Origin: Antedon mediterranea | Lineage: Eukaryota > Animalia > Echinodermata | Assembly: GCF_964355755.1 (NCBI RefSeq) | Contig: NC_092676.1 | Location: 28,724,871-28,788,870 of the forward strand | Reading direction: 5' to 3' | DNA length: 64,000 nucleotides | Part shown: piece after piece, positions 37,601 to 49,766 of the stretch | How the letters are laid out: every line of letters begins with the position of its first letter | How positions within the stretch are numbered: position 1 is the stretch's first letter | Notes under the pieces: generated by a model | The model's database searches: none | The model's input: only the letters and a program-made list of their open reading frames with translations | What the model was told of the DNA's origin: nothing | Translations under genes and position numbers: made by a program

Positions 37601-40600
37601 GGATATGAGTGCTTGTGTCCAAAAGGCTATACACTATCATCTAATAAAAAAACATGTGTTGGTAGGTATTTAGACCTGATGAATATGTTCTTTCTTCACT
37701 AAAGCGTGGTTCCCACTAGCGACGCAACACAAGGACGTACCGCAACGCAAGTGAATTGACAAATCACAAGCGATGGCTTATTCGCTTGTGATTGCTAAAG
37801 GCCTGTGCACACCGAACGCGAAGCCGCGAAGCGTCATGCGTCACGCGTCATTCGACGGATCGCTTTGAAAGTTGAATTGTCATGCGTCTATTAGTTTTTC
37901 TTGTCGGTTCCCACTAAACGCGTCACGATGTGCTGATTCGTCGCGATTGCTAGGCCTAGGAGATAGTGGGTTGGCCAATACAATGCTACATTTAAAATAA
38001 GATGACTGAAGTATTTCCTATGTAAGTTTAACCAGAGAAGAGTTAAATTAAAATGTAATTTAACTCTTCCCTGGTTACACCAATCACAGTGTTTGGTTTT
38101 GGTGGGAAAATGTTATCCGTTTCCAAAGCCTGAAATGTGCATGATTGTATGTATATATCACAAGGACAGAAGAAGATGTATCCAATATCAATACAGTTAC
38201 AAGAATTAAAGCATTTATTGCATGTTGATTACACGTACATGTGATCTGCTGACTGTATTTATTAGTGGTGTTACAAATATCTTTCAACAGAGGTTATTAT
38301 AACCATATAAAACATTTCATATAAACACGAACTGGGAATCTTCCTGGGTTTGTCATTTTCAAATATAAACTATAGGCCTAATATTAATGTAAAGTTTTCA
38401 CATTCATTTTCTAATTATTATTAAATATTATATTATTCATGACAAAACATACAGTTTTTTTCTCATTAGTTTAAATGTAATAAATATCCCAAACTCATAT
38501 TTACACTGTATATTATCTTATGACTTTTTCACATAAATACACTTATTGAAATAGTGAATCATTGTTTTTAAAAGGTATCATTAAATATCAACCAGATTTT
38601 CTTTTTTACTACTCCTGAATACTTTCGCAAAATAATATCAAAATAATAAATTTAAAATGTATCATCCCAAAAAAAATGAAAATTGAAGAAATATTATTAT
38701 TGTTAAAAGTGAATAACTAACCCTAAAGTGTTATACTGTATTACACACAACGAAAATGTTTTAAATTATATTTTCAGGAAGACAATATAATAATCTTTTC
38801 CAAAAAATGACACTAAACTTAAAGATGTATTGTCCCATAGAATCATGAAAAATGAAGATGATTAAAATCAAATTTGAATAGGTCATTTTGTAGTTTTAAC
38901 AAAGTTAATCACTTGCATAGAAAAAAAACCCCAAAAAACTTATGTTTTCACTTATAAAATGAAAAAAATTCCATTAGCTGGCTGCCAATTTGACTATTTT
39001 TTTTAGTATTGGAGTATAACAAAACATATACATATTATATTTCCATGTGTTCTCTATTGCTAAAAAAAGACATTCAGTTCAGCTTTCCTTCTATAACCAC
39101 TTAATAAATACTAGTTACAGTCCAACTCCTCCTTAATCTCTTCCATTTTCTAAAAAAAAAAAATGAAACAAGTATTAATAAATTGCTATAGTAAGGCATA
39201 TTGCTCAAATCATTTTTTCTGGCCAATGTATGTCACCAACTGACATACCCATTTGAAAAAAGTCTATACAAACCTGTATCAGCCTCATAATTGCCAGTCC
39301 ACATTTTTGAGGAGCAATTGCTCTTAATTCCATGGCAATAATATACTGGCCGCTTAAACTACTATCTTGGTCATTGGTGGAGTTTGTAACGCTGGTAATA
39401 GCCTGAAGGATTCCATTTATCAATGTTCATCTAATTGACCTAAAAGAAACAAAAACAACAGTATTTATGTATTAATATTACTACTAGGCCTATCCTAGCC
39501 TTACAACACTAAATCAACTAAATATTAGGCCTATCAATATTAATTAATAATAATAAGTAGGCTAGGCCTAGCTAGGCCTAGAGTAGTACTGTACTCATAT
39601 TTAGTAGTAGGCTTAACCTAGGCTAGGCCTGGCCTAGCACATAGTAGACTAGTAGGGATTAGTAAGTATTATGTAGGCCTATAAGTACTACTTGGCATGG
39701 CCTAGCCTACTAGGGTATATGTAGCCTAGGCTAGGTAGGCCAAGCTAGCTAGGCTAGGCCCTAGTATTGCCTAAACCTAGGTACGCCTAGGCCTAGGCCT
39801 AGGCTAGAAATAGGCTTGTCAACTCACTTTACAAATTGATCTCTGACGCGTTTTAGGCCTAGTTTTTCTGGCATTCTTCTACACAGATGTTTGTCTGAAA
39901 TTATTGTCTTCATGCATTAATCCTTATGTTTCTGTCTGTGTATGACTTACTTCCCTTATCGTAAAGACAAGAAGGGTAAGTATTTCCATAAAGACCTCGC
40001 TCGTCAGCCACCATTTTTTTGCCGTCGGTGTCGTCGTCGATGAAATGAGAGATATTCCTGACTTCTGATTGGTTGACGAACGCAAACCGCGCTCGCGACG
40101 CCTCAAAAAGTTGACCAAGGTTCAACTTTTGAAAATTCGCGTGCGAAGCCTTCGCTGCTGTCGTTTTCAACGCGTTGAAGTTGAAATTCGACTATCGTAC
40201 ACTGTTCGCTTGTATGTTCACACTGGAAGCGTCCTTGCCTGCCGCGTGCGTCACTTTTTAACGCGAAATTCGCGGCTTCGCGTTTGGTGTGCACAGGCCT
40301 TAACTGTCTATAACTTTGGTTAAAACGCTTGCGTTGCGTTTACGTCCTTGCGTTACGTTCTAGTGGGAACCAAGCTTAAAGTGTAATGTTTGGTTTCCAC
40401 TAAAACAAAGTACCTATTGTAAGCGCAACACAAGTAATATTCATCATTTGCGATTGGTCAAATGTTTGCGATGCGCCTACGTCATTTCGTTGCGTCTTAA
40501 AGCTTGGTTCCCACAAGGAAGCAACGCAAGCGAGTTGTTGACCAATGACAAGCGAATAATATTCATCGCTCGTGATTGGTCAAGTATCTTACGTTGCGTT

Positions 40601-43600
40601 ACGTCGTTGTGTTGCGTCTCTGGTGGGAACCAAGCATTAATGGGAACCCAGGTTACGTAAAATGATCGTAAAATTTAAAAGCGGTTTTTTTTCGGTTTTT
40701 TTTTCAGATATAAATGAATGTGAGGAGCGAGACGCTTGTCAACATACATGTGTAAATACAGATGGAAGCTACCATTGTTTATGTAACCAGGGTTATCAAG
40801 CGTATGGTATCACACATTGCGGAGGTAAGGTATTTTTTTCATAAATAATTTAGTTAAGGTTGTTTAAATTAAGATGGATGCCAATTTTTTTAAACAAAAA
40901 TCAACATAAAAAAAATGACGATTATGATATAATTAGGAAGATGATGATAGTGAGTAATTATTCAAATACACTTTTAAATCCTAAATAAATACATCTTTCT
41001 ATTGTGAAACATTTTCTTCTTCAGATATGGATGAATGCTCTGTAAACAATGGCGGATGTGAACACAATTGTATCAACTTCCCAGGAAGTTACCGCTGTAC
41101 TTGTAACAACAACTACAAGTTGCATCCAAACAGCAAAGACTGTGTCGGTAAGAATGACGTCATTCAGAAAGTCTGCTGATAGTATTCCAGTTGTTTCCAA
41201 TCCTAGTTTTCCACTAATGACGCGTTCAATGACGCGTTCAAGTCGCGCGAACAAATTCGCCAAGTGGGCATGGAAAATACACTGAAGTACTCCATGAGGG
41301 TTTTCTCGGCATTCCTGCTTTCTGTTCTCCTTTGGTTTCCATTGTAGTGCCCTTTAAGTGATATAGTCTTTTATTTTTGTATTTCAATATCTGACTACCA
41401 TCATTCCTGTCTTTAACTTAGAATCGACAAGTTGTCTGAGGTTGCGACCGCCACCCAAAACGATCGTTGATTGTGACAGCAGAGGACTTGTATGCACGAT
41501 CACCTGCAATTCAAACTCACATTTCTCAACGTCTATGAAAGGCCGTAATATGTTTGTTTATCGTTGCAATAAGAGCACACAATTTGAGTGGTACAACAAT
41601 GATCTCAATCAGACCATGCCTTCCTGCTCAGGTACATGATTTTCTAATCAACTTCACTTTTTGTTGAGTAATTGCATGGATTTTATATATATTTTTTCCT
41701 GTAGTTATAAGACCCTTCCTTTAAAGCTCTGTCTACACTAGCAAATTTTATGTGACCATATATGGACATGATGATGTGTCATATCACTACCATATTTGGG
41801 CATATCACTACCATATTTGGGCACATCACACTTTTGTCAAACTAGTTTGTTAGTGTAGACAGAGCAGTACAAAGAAAGCAACGAAGTGGTACTATGGCTT
41901 GTTGACATGCTTGCTTACCAATCATATTTTCATTGCTGTGTGATGTTCTCTCTTTACCATTATCATCCATTTATTTAATTATGCTACTTTTTCCAACCTA
42001 ATCATAGTTTTATTAATTTATTTTTCACATTTTTATTTCTCCCTTTTTCGAGTAGAGGCCATTGCGGCACCAACGTTCCAGCGAAAGGCAACGTTTTCTT
42101 TTAAAGCCGATAAGTGCCGGTCAAAACCAAGAGTCAAAAATCGTTTTCAAGAAACTTTAAATAAGAAAATTTCAGGTACAAATGCTGTTCTGCTTTTTAA
42201 ACTCACCCCCTCATTATCATTTCATTTGCTTACTAACGTACTGCAAACTAAGAGCAAAGAGTTTTTCCCAAATATAACTTATCATTTACAGTAATTTGAA
42301 TCATGTTGTGTACAATAAATTTCATCAGAGTCTTTCTATATATTGATAAAGTGTTTTAAGTATGTCATAAAAAAAATGCACTGAATAGCCATTTGGAAAC
42401 CTTTTAGATTTCCATAAAACTGATCATTTCTATAAAACTTTTCATAGAAAAACACATTAGGAAACGTTTAAGACCATTTTTAGAATTTCGATAAAACTAT
42501 AAAATATTTAAATATTTATTGAATTTGTAAGCACATAGGTTAAACCCAAGGTCCAAAATATACAGATTTCCATAACAATTACGGTGAATTTAAAAAAAAT
42601 CAATATTATAATCTAATCATTTTAAACATGTTTGACTTGTTGTTTTCCACAGAAATTGAAAAGGGTTCATGTACAAACCAGTGCCAAGTGAACTCAGTTG
42701 AATTGCGTTGCAAACACAACAGAAGCAAAAGAGCACGCCGAGCAGACTCCAATCGGTCGCTGGTTATAGAGGCAGATTTTGAAATACAAATTATCCCCGA
42801 AGAGCCTACAGGTAGGCCTACACTCAACCAATCACTCCTTCCTTCCTTCACATACATTCATTTTTTCATTCATTCATTTTCTTTCATTCTTTAATTCATC
42901 ATTTCATTAACTGAAAGTTTGCGTACTAGATCGTGGTTGATCGAAGTTTCAATTACATTTTAGTTTTATTGTATCGTTTTGTCCTATTTTCTCAAAGACA
43001 ACTGTAACATACAATGTGTTTGTTCACTCAAAAGCCAGAATTGGCTGGTCTTGTTTTAAACAAGAGTGTGATTAAATAAATAAATAAAATAAATAAATGA
43101 TAAAAATACAATAGAGAAGTAAACAATAATTATATCTGATGGTTTTTATTTGTTTAGCTTCCTGTAATATCGAATGCGTAAGGAAACATAGCGAGAGAAA
43201 GTTGAGACGAATGGTAAATGAGCTTCGGAGGTCAATCAACAGAAAGCTCTTCTTCGTTGACTTTAATGGCAGACAATATGAGGTCAATAAAAGGTCATTG
43301 TTAACTAAAGAAACGGAAATGATTTGCACTGTGGGAAAAGTGATGGTTGCTGGGAAATGTGGTAAGTCACTTAATTTTAAAAATCTATTATGTTCATTAT
43401 TATTTTTAGTATTGCCATCATCACTAAAGTAATTATTAATCACAAAATGACTTTATTTTCTTTGCATTGCTCCATTTGCTTCTTTGTAACTAACAAATTA
43501 CTAAATAATAAACGTAAATTAAATTTGCAACAAAGTATATTAACTAGATTGATTTATTTTATATAAATATAGTTGCTTGTAGCATGGGTACATATTATGA

Positions 43601-46043
43601 CCAGGTAACCACACATTGTGTTCTGTGCCCAACTGGAATGTACCAAGATATGGAAGGCCAATTGAACTGTAATCCATGTCCATCAAGGAGCAACGATTTT
43701 GGCATTGTTGGCGCCAGGAATGTAACTGAATGTGGAGGTATTATATAGTATTAAGTTATGTTACTATACATCATATTAATTGGTAAAACAAGTTATAATG
43801 TCAGAGTTTGTTAACATAAATTCTTTGAAAGATTAAAGTAATGATTGTTTAATATTATATGGTTATTAATCATTTCAGGTCAATGTAGACCGGGTGATTA
43901 TTCTAAAGATGGCTTCCATCCATGTAGGCCTTGTCCTGTCGGTCATTTCCAGCCTGAGCCAGGCAGAGCATCGTGTCGGCCATGTGGGGGTGATTTAAGC
44001 ACTGCAGACGTTGGTTCAGCATCATTCCAGCTATGCCAAGTCAAAGGTAACTTTACTTATAATAACTTTCTTACACAATTTTTAAGTTATTTTTCTGAAT
44101 TTGTTTTTAAGCAACCCAACAGACCATGCCTATTGAATTTCAGAAAAATCGGTACATTGCTCACGTCAGAAAAGCTTATTAAAATCTCGAGTAATCTGTA
44201 TCTTCACTATGGCCGAAAGCACGCCCTCTTCATTTTGTCAAAGATCTTAACAAGTTTTTTGCTCAGCAGCGCTTAATTATAGTAGGAAAATATATTTTAA
44301 AAGGAAAAAACATAAAACTACACATAGTGCGGATAACCAAATGTAAAATGATATCAATTTTATTATTTAGTTTTGTAATTTTGATTTAGATAATTGCCAA
44401 ACTGGAAAGTACTACGATACAGGATCGCACCAATGCCAGCCTTGTAAAAAAGGATTTTATCAAAATGAAACTAAAATGAATTATTGTATTCGTTGTCCTG
44501 GCAACACTACAACAGACTCAGTCGGTGCTGATGATGTTAGTTTATGTAAAAGTAAGTGCTTATTTTTTTGTTTTCAAAACATTACTTTGTTTGAATGTTT
44601 TGGTGAGGTTCTTATAAGAAAGTGTCACCAAAAAAAAACCCGAAATTACTACAATAGTAACTATAGGTTTATCTTGACTTAAATGTTTTAGGTCACAGGT
44701 GTGGTGGTGTTATAAGTGCAGGAAAGGGTTTTATTGAGAGTCCCAATTACCCAGGCAACTACCCAACGGACGTAGAGTGTGTCTGGACCATAACGCCACC
44801 TTCAAACCGACGTATATTGATTGTCCTTCCTGAAATTTACATTGCAAATCAAATAAGTGATAGGTGCGAAGATTTCTTAGTCATGCGCAGAACAGGTGAG
44901 TGAAAATAATTTTTTAAATAATTCCTACTAGGTTTATTAATGTTATAATCAATTTATGTCTTTGAATGTTTTCCTTGTTTGTGATGTAATATTTTCAGAC
45001 TTGTTCTCCATTTGGTAGTACACACTAGACTATTACAACTAATGAATGGAGTTCCTCCAATATTCATAAATGATATTATCATAATTATCATAATTATTAT
45101 ATCAAATTTGGATTAGCGGTTTATGTCTTTATTAGTTTTTCCAAATAATATATTTGTCTTTATACCGTTTTTTAGAATCTCCACACTCCACAACAACCTT
45201 TGAGACATGTGAGACATACAGAACTCCGCTTGCATTTACAGCAAAAACGAAGAAACTATGGATTCAGTTCAAGTCAAATGAAGCCAGAACGGCAAAGGGA
45301 TTTCGAATTCCTTACGTAACTTATGAAGGTAACATATTTTTGTTTTGTGCTTTTTAGAATAAATTACACCATAATCGTACAGGCCACTATAAGAATGATA
45401 TGAGCTAAAACGTAATATGAATTAAAGTTTAGCTAAAATGGAATGTATTCAGAAAAATGAACTAACAATAGAATTCGATAAAGAAAATAAAGAAAGCGAT
45501 TCTGTAAAAAGTGTATTCTGTGTGTCAGGTGATGTCACTAGGCGTGGTTACGTGACGTGACGTTTGTGACGTACAAATACGGTTACGCAACAAATATTAA
45601 ATTATAATAATTTAGATTACGTCACATGTGTGTACTCATGTATCTTACAGTTATTCATTGAATTGATGGTTTTTTACTTTTTTAGAAGATTATGAATTTC
45701 TGATTGAAGATATTGTCCGTGATGGCAGGCTTTATGCCTCTGACCAGCATCAGGCAATTCTACAGGTAAACTTGATTTTTTTAATTTTTTGTTCCAAAAA
45801 ATAAATTTTTCTCTTAACTAATATTATTATGATAGACAATTAGGTATAATCATTATTTTCATATTTTATTTTCAGGACCAGAAAGTTGTCTCAGCTCTGC
45901 TAGAAGTTTGTGCAAATCCACAAAAATATTATCAATACAATACTGAATATCAGTCTATTTTACCAGACTCCTTTGTAAAGTTTTTAGAAACAAAAATAGA
46001 AATATTTCTTGGCATCCCGAAGAAAGCGCCTGGACGAAGATAG
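34635..46043 (+). CDS. SCUBE: Signal peptide, CUB and EGF-like domain-containing protein (core exons)
   Basis: EGF exons 34635-34760, 34888-35013, 35398-35517, 35802-35924, 36013-36129, 36942-37076, 37539-37661, 40708-40824, 41025-41147; spacer 41422-41631, 42056-42175, 42653-42811, 43158-43361; Cys-rich 43573-43737, 43879-44046, 44390-44551; CUB 44692-44895, 45176-45328; C-terminus 45686-45765, 45876-46043 (TAG). Diagnostic motifs [30 protein letters not shown] and [26 protein letters not shown]. Confidence 0.95.
35172..35352. mobile_element. Small inverted-repeat element (third MITE-like family)
   Basis: gccgtattcac..cactt ... aagtgaggatagtgaatacggc termini; a related left end occurs near 46384. 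Confidence 0.55.
37300..37442 (-). mobile_element. MITE family A, inverted copy
   Basis: catatcactaccatatttggg interior and tttgatagtgtagacagagc end. Confidence 0.8.
37799..40300 (-). mobile_element. Non-autonomous PIF/Harbinger-like DNA transposon (2502 bp)
   Basis: 32-bp TIRs AGGCCTGTGCACACCGAACGCGAAGCCGCGAA with one mismatch; TAA duplication at 37796-98 and 40301-03; carries a decayed MADF/Myb-like gene. Confidence 0.88.
39205..40014 (-). pseudogene. Degenerate MADF (Myb/SANT-like) + BESS-like gene inside the transposon
   Basis: Exon ~40014-39828: [22 protein letters not shown] ..VEECQKN* ..RDQFVK|gtgagt, with stops at the expected Trp positions and frameshifts. Exon 39439-39205: [38 protein letters not shown]. 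Confidence 0.7.
40385..40639. mobile_element. Two adjacent MITE family B copies
   Basis: ttggtttccacta.. (degenerate) and agcttggttcccacaagg ... ggtgggaaccaagcat. Confidence 0.75.
41725..41865 (-). mobile_element. MITE family A copy
   Basis: agctctgtctacactagcaaa ... tagtgtagacagagc. Confidence 0.8.
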
Positions 46044-46969
46044 CCTAACAATTGTAATACTTGTATATATTAAAGCACAGAATATTTTCTGTATATTTTG
46101 AAGTTGTACATATTTTTTTTAAATAAATGTTTTGTGTGCAAAACCTTGATATGGTGGGGGCGTGATGAAATCATGAGTATGGGAATTATTTATCTTGAAA
46201 TGTTATTGCTGTATTTACAAATGACTGATGATGAATGATAATGTTTAATTTAAATGGTGGCTTGAATCAGTTCAAGGCTTAGTTACATTTATGTTGCCAT
46301 GGTTACGTAAAGGTGTAGGTGGGTGGGGGAGGAGGTAGTGTTGTCAGTCCGTGACAGGATTTGTATGGAGATCTATTTTAGAGGGCTGTATTCACCAATC
46401 AAGCTTATGGATATTTATACTTATAAGATTATTTATCTTAATAAATATACATTTTATTAAATTATTATTATAAATTAATATTAAATATTTAAGGATTTCT
46501 TTCTATTCATTTTGAGAAGTTTTACATTTTAAGATGAAATGTTGTCGGGTGAATTATATACGACACATGTACAGATCTTTGTGCAAGAATCTTTCCATGT
46601 CGAAATGTGTGTACCCAAGAGAGACATTTTGCGTGACGCCTGCTATCCTGTGTATAATAGTGCTTGTAAATGCTGACGTAAATGTGATTAGTTGTAATTG
46701 CACTGTTATCTTGTAGTTACTTTATCATGAATGAAAGAAATTATTTAAGGGTACTGGACTGTTTAAATATTAAGTCAAAAGGGGAGTCCTACACAACAAT
46801 GTCGATGTATCCATCAATGTGGAGAGACAACTTCACCCATAATTGGACAATAAAGAATTGGTTGTTGCAGAACTCGATGCCAAAAGGGTCCTCTGAAAAA
46901 AAAATATTCATATTGCAATTTCAATTTGCCTTGTTAAAGAATTGTATTCATAATATTTAACTTTAAAAA

Positions 46970-47052
46970 AAATGAATTGATTAATTATCGATATATTTTG
47001 AATTGATTAATTATCGATATATTTTGAATTGATTAATTATCGATATATTTTG
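46970..47052. repeat. 27-bp tandem repeat x3 (tgaattgattaattatcgatatatttt)
   Basis: Directly visible. Confidence 0.9.
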
Positions 47053-47371
47053 CGAGGAGGAATAGCCTGGCTCCAGGGGACACTTTATCGCTGTGCCCAG
47101 AACACTAACAGTTTTGTTCTGAAACGTTACAAAGGGTAGGCCTACAATATTGTATATAATATAGCAATTTTATATTTTTAATGTAATTGTGAACTTGTAA
47201 GTTCGACAAGCTTCCGATATGTTTTTGTTTGTATAGTCTAACTCTAATTTCTTGTTGTTTTTAGTTATAAGAGAGTTCATTTTCTCTACAATTAACATAT
47301 TCTGCATTTAGACTGTCGAATATGCCTAAATGTGCTATAAGCACTAATTTTGAACTATAACTGCGAATCTG

Positions 47372-48889
47372 GTGGCAGCGTATTGTAAGATAACAATAAA
47401 TTATGTAGATTTAATGTTTTGTTTTTTTTCGTTTCCATCTTTTAAAACTTGTTACATCGATGTTAATGTTAAACCTCTATGTCACATATTTAATCTGTCT
47501 TTAACAAAAGGAGTTTTTCCAAATAAATTGAAATTGGCAAGAGTTACTCCCATCTTTAAAGCAGGAAAAAAGGACACTTTATCTAATTACCGACCGATCT
47601 CAGTCCTTTCGCTATTTTCTAAAATATTAGAAAGAATTATCTATAATAGAACCTATGCCTTTATGGAAAAAAATAATATTCTATTCAATAAGCAATTTGG
47701 ATTTCGCAAACATTTTGATACCGCAATGGCCTTAATTGATTTGTCCAATGAAATAATAGATGCATTTGAAAATGATGAGTTTGCAATTGGTGTTTTTGTC
47801 GATCTATCGAAAGCATTCGATACCATTAACCATCCTATTCTTCTTTCAAAACTGTATCACTATGGTATTCGCGGTGTTCCTCTCAATTTATTTAAGAGCT
47901 ATTTATCCAACCGCTACCAATGTACCAAGTTTTGTGATTCCCAATCTGACTATTTGCCTATTACCTGTGGAGTACCACAAGGTTCATTACTAGGTCCTCT
48001 TCTGTTTCTTTTATATGTGAATGATATTTACAATTCGTCAGTATCTTTATCTTACTTTTTATATGCAGATGACACAACACTAATCTGTAAAAATCGACAC
48101 TTAGAGTCGTTATTTAACACTGTAAATACAAGTTTAATTAATGTATCCGAATGGTTTCTGGCAAACAGCCTTTCTGTAAATCTAAAAAAGTGCAGCTATG
48201 TTTTGTTTAGAAGTAGTACGATGCCGATTAAATTAGGTCCATTGCAAATTAAACTAAATGGTTCTGTTCTCCCCATGGTCAATCGTGCAAAATTTTTGGG
48301 TGTATCCATTGATAGTCGTCTGACATGGAAACCCCATGTTATTGAGACAGAAAACAAAATCTCCAAAAATATTGGTATAATTTGTAGACTGGCATCTTTT
48401 CTTCCACATCATATTCTCCGAACACTCTACTGCTCCCTTGTTTTGCCATATCTTTTATATTGCAATATCGTTTGGTGTAACACATTCCCATCTAATTTAA
48501 ATAAACTTCAAATACTACAAAAGAAAATCATTCGAATAATTTCGAATGTTTCACCTAGAACTAGTACAGATCCTTTATTTCGTTCTCTCAAATTATTAAA
48601 ATTAACAGATATTAATATTTTCCAACAATGTTTATTTATTTACAAAAGCCAAAATGCTCTTCTTCCATCTCATTTACGCGATATGTTTTCTCCCAATTAT
48701 GAATTTCACGGCTATTCCACAAGAATCCTCAATAACCTTCATATTCCTAAACACAAAAAGACTTCTTTTCAACATAATATTAGATTTACTGGACCCAAGA
48801 TATGGAACTCACTTCCTAACAAAATTACAACTTCTGCAAGCAAACATAGCTTCGTCTTTAACACTAAACAATATCTAATACAAAAGTAA
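47372..48889 (+). CDS. LINE ORF2 reverse transcriptase domain and C-terminus (N-terminally truncated)
   Basis: NYRPISVLSLFSKILE, QFGFR, VFVDLSKAFDTINH, GVPQGSLLGPLLFLLYVND, YADD, KFLGV..DSRLTW. The first ~25 aa of the ORF call are probably flank. Confidence 0.9.
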   Translation: MAAYCKITINYVDLMFCFFSFPSFKTCYIDVNVKPLCHIFNLSLTKGVFPNKLKLARVTPIFKAGKKDTLSNYRPISVLSLFSKILERIIYNRTYAFMEKNNILFNKQFGFRKHFDTAMALIDLSNEIIDAFENDEFAIGVFVDLSKAFDTINHPILLSKLYHYGIRGVPLNLFKSYLSNRYQCTKFCDSQSDYLPITCGVPQGSLLGPLLFLLYVNDIYNSSVSLSYFLYADDTTLICKNRHLESLFNTVNTSLINVSEWFLANSLSVNLKKCSYVLFRSSTMPIKLGPLQIKLNGSVLPMVNRAKFLGVSIDSRLTWKPHVIETENKISKNIGIICRLASFLPHHILRTLYCSLVLPYLLYCNIVWCNTFPSNLNKLQILQKKIIRIISNVSPRTSTDPLFRSLKLLKLTDINIFQQCLFIYKSQNALLPSHLRDMFSPNYEFHGYSTRILNNLHIPKHKKTSFQHNIRFTGPKIWNSLPNKITTSASKHSFVFNTKQYLIQK

Positions 48890-49212
48890 ATTAATTAACT
48901 AGTTATATTCTAGGTATCAGTTTTTTATTGTTTTCATATTCCGTTATGGTAATTACTTTATTCCTATCTACCATTTACTATTATTTACTAATTTAATTTT
49001 AGTTACTTTTTGTTTTGTTCAGGCACTTTCAACACAAGCTTTTGCTTTTTAGAAATTGTGCCTCCTTCATAATATTGTTTTATTCATGTTAAAGGTGAGA
49101 AAAAAAATTGTATTGTTTTAACTATCTTTCTTCTCGTCATGAATTTTGTATTATATTATTTATTTTGTATATTATGAAGGAAATAAATGTTACTATGAAA
49201 TGAAATGAAATG
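47440..49212 (+). mobile_element. 5'-truncated non-LTR retrotransposon (CR1/L2-group LINE)
   Basis: Open RT frame to 48889, AT-rich 3' UTR, AATAAA near 49182 and (TGAAA)n tail; no endonuclease region. The 5' junction is approximate. Confidence 0.92.
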
Positions 49213-49245
49213 ATAACGCTCAGGGGAAATCAATCAATTCTGACA

Positions 49246-49446
49246 TTGATAATGATGATGACACAACTGCCAATGTTAATGATGATGAGACGACTATGAT
49301 GATGACGATTATGATGATTATGACGATGATGGTGATGATGATTATGACAATGGTGATGATTATGATGATGATAATAATAATGATGACGATAATAATGATG
49401 ATGCTGATAATGATGATGATGATGATTGATGTTAATGATGATGATT
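49246..49446. repeat. Degenerate (GAT)n microsatellite
   Basis: Directly visible. Confidence 0.9.
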
Positions 49447-49599
49447 AAAAATAGGTAGGCCTATATACGGGGAGGGGGGTCTTTTGCTTTATAAATACCA
49501 AATGACCGATCAACATATTTTTGTTCATCTTTTAAAAATACGTTTATCTCCTGTTTTTATATCAAATTCCGTCGCCGTCGTCATTTTATTCAATAGTTA

Positions 49600-49766
49600 C
49601 CGACAAATGATGATTCACAAATTTGAAAGGGCGCCAACTACGAAATGAAAATGGGCGCCATGTTTCGTTTATCGAAAAAAAGAACGATGGTTGCCATTTT
49701 TCAAAAATGATTTTGAAATGTTTGATAATTAAATTTACGTGTGCCGACTAACAACTAACATTTAAG
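49600..49766 (+). promoter_or_regulatory. Probable promoter and non-coding first exon of SUV4-20
   Basis: gggcgcca twice, aaaatggg and gccattttt (YY1-like), donor aag|gtatga at 49766; the next acceptor at 50538 lies before the ATG. Confidence 0.45.

Larger units (their letters stand above)
37703..40376. mobile_element. MITE family B copy split by a 2.5 kb insertion
   Basis: 37703-37798 plus 40301-40376 rebuild the 23083 copy (attgcTAActgtctataact junction); outer TAA duplication at 37700-02 and 40377-79. Confidence 0.9.

Noticed and set aside
38029-38290. Transposase remnant in the left half of the 2.5 kb element
   Set aside because: No DDE/HARBI1-like motifs recognised; only a ~48-bp hairpin at 38029-38076.
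47372-48889. RT as a retron, DGR, group II intron or domesticated host gene
   Set aside because: Motifs, 3' tail and 5' truncation are those of an ordinary CR1/L2-group LINE.
49246-49446. Poly-Asp coding exon
   Set aside because: Simple (GAT)n repeat with no splice or ORF context.
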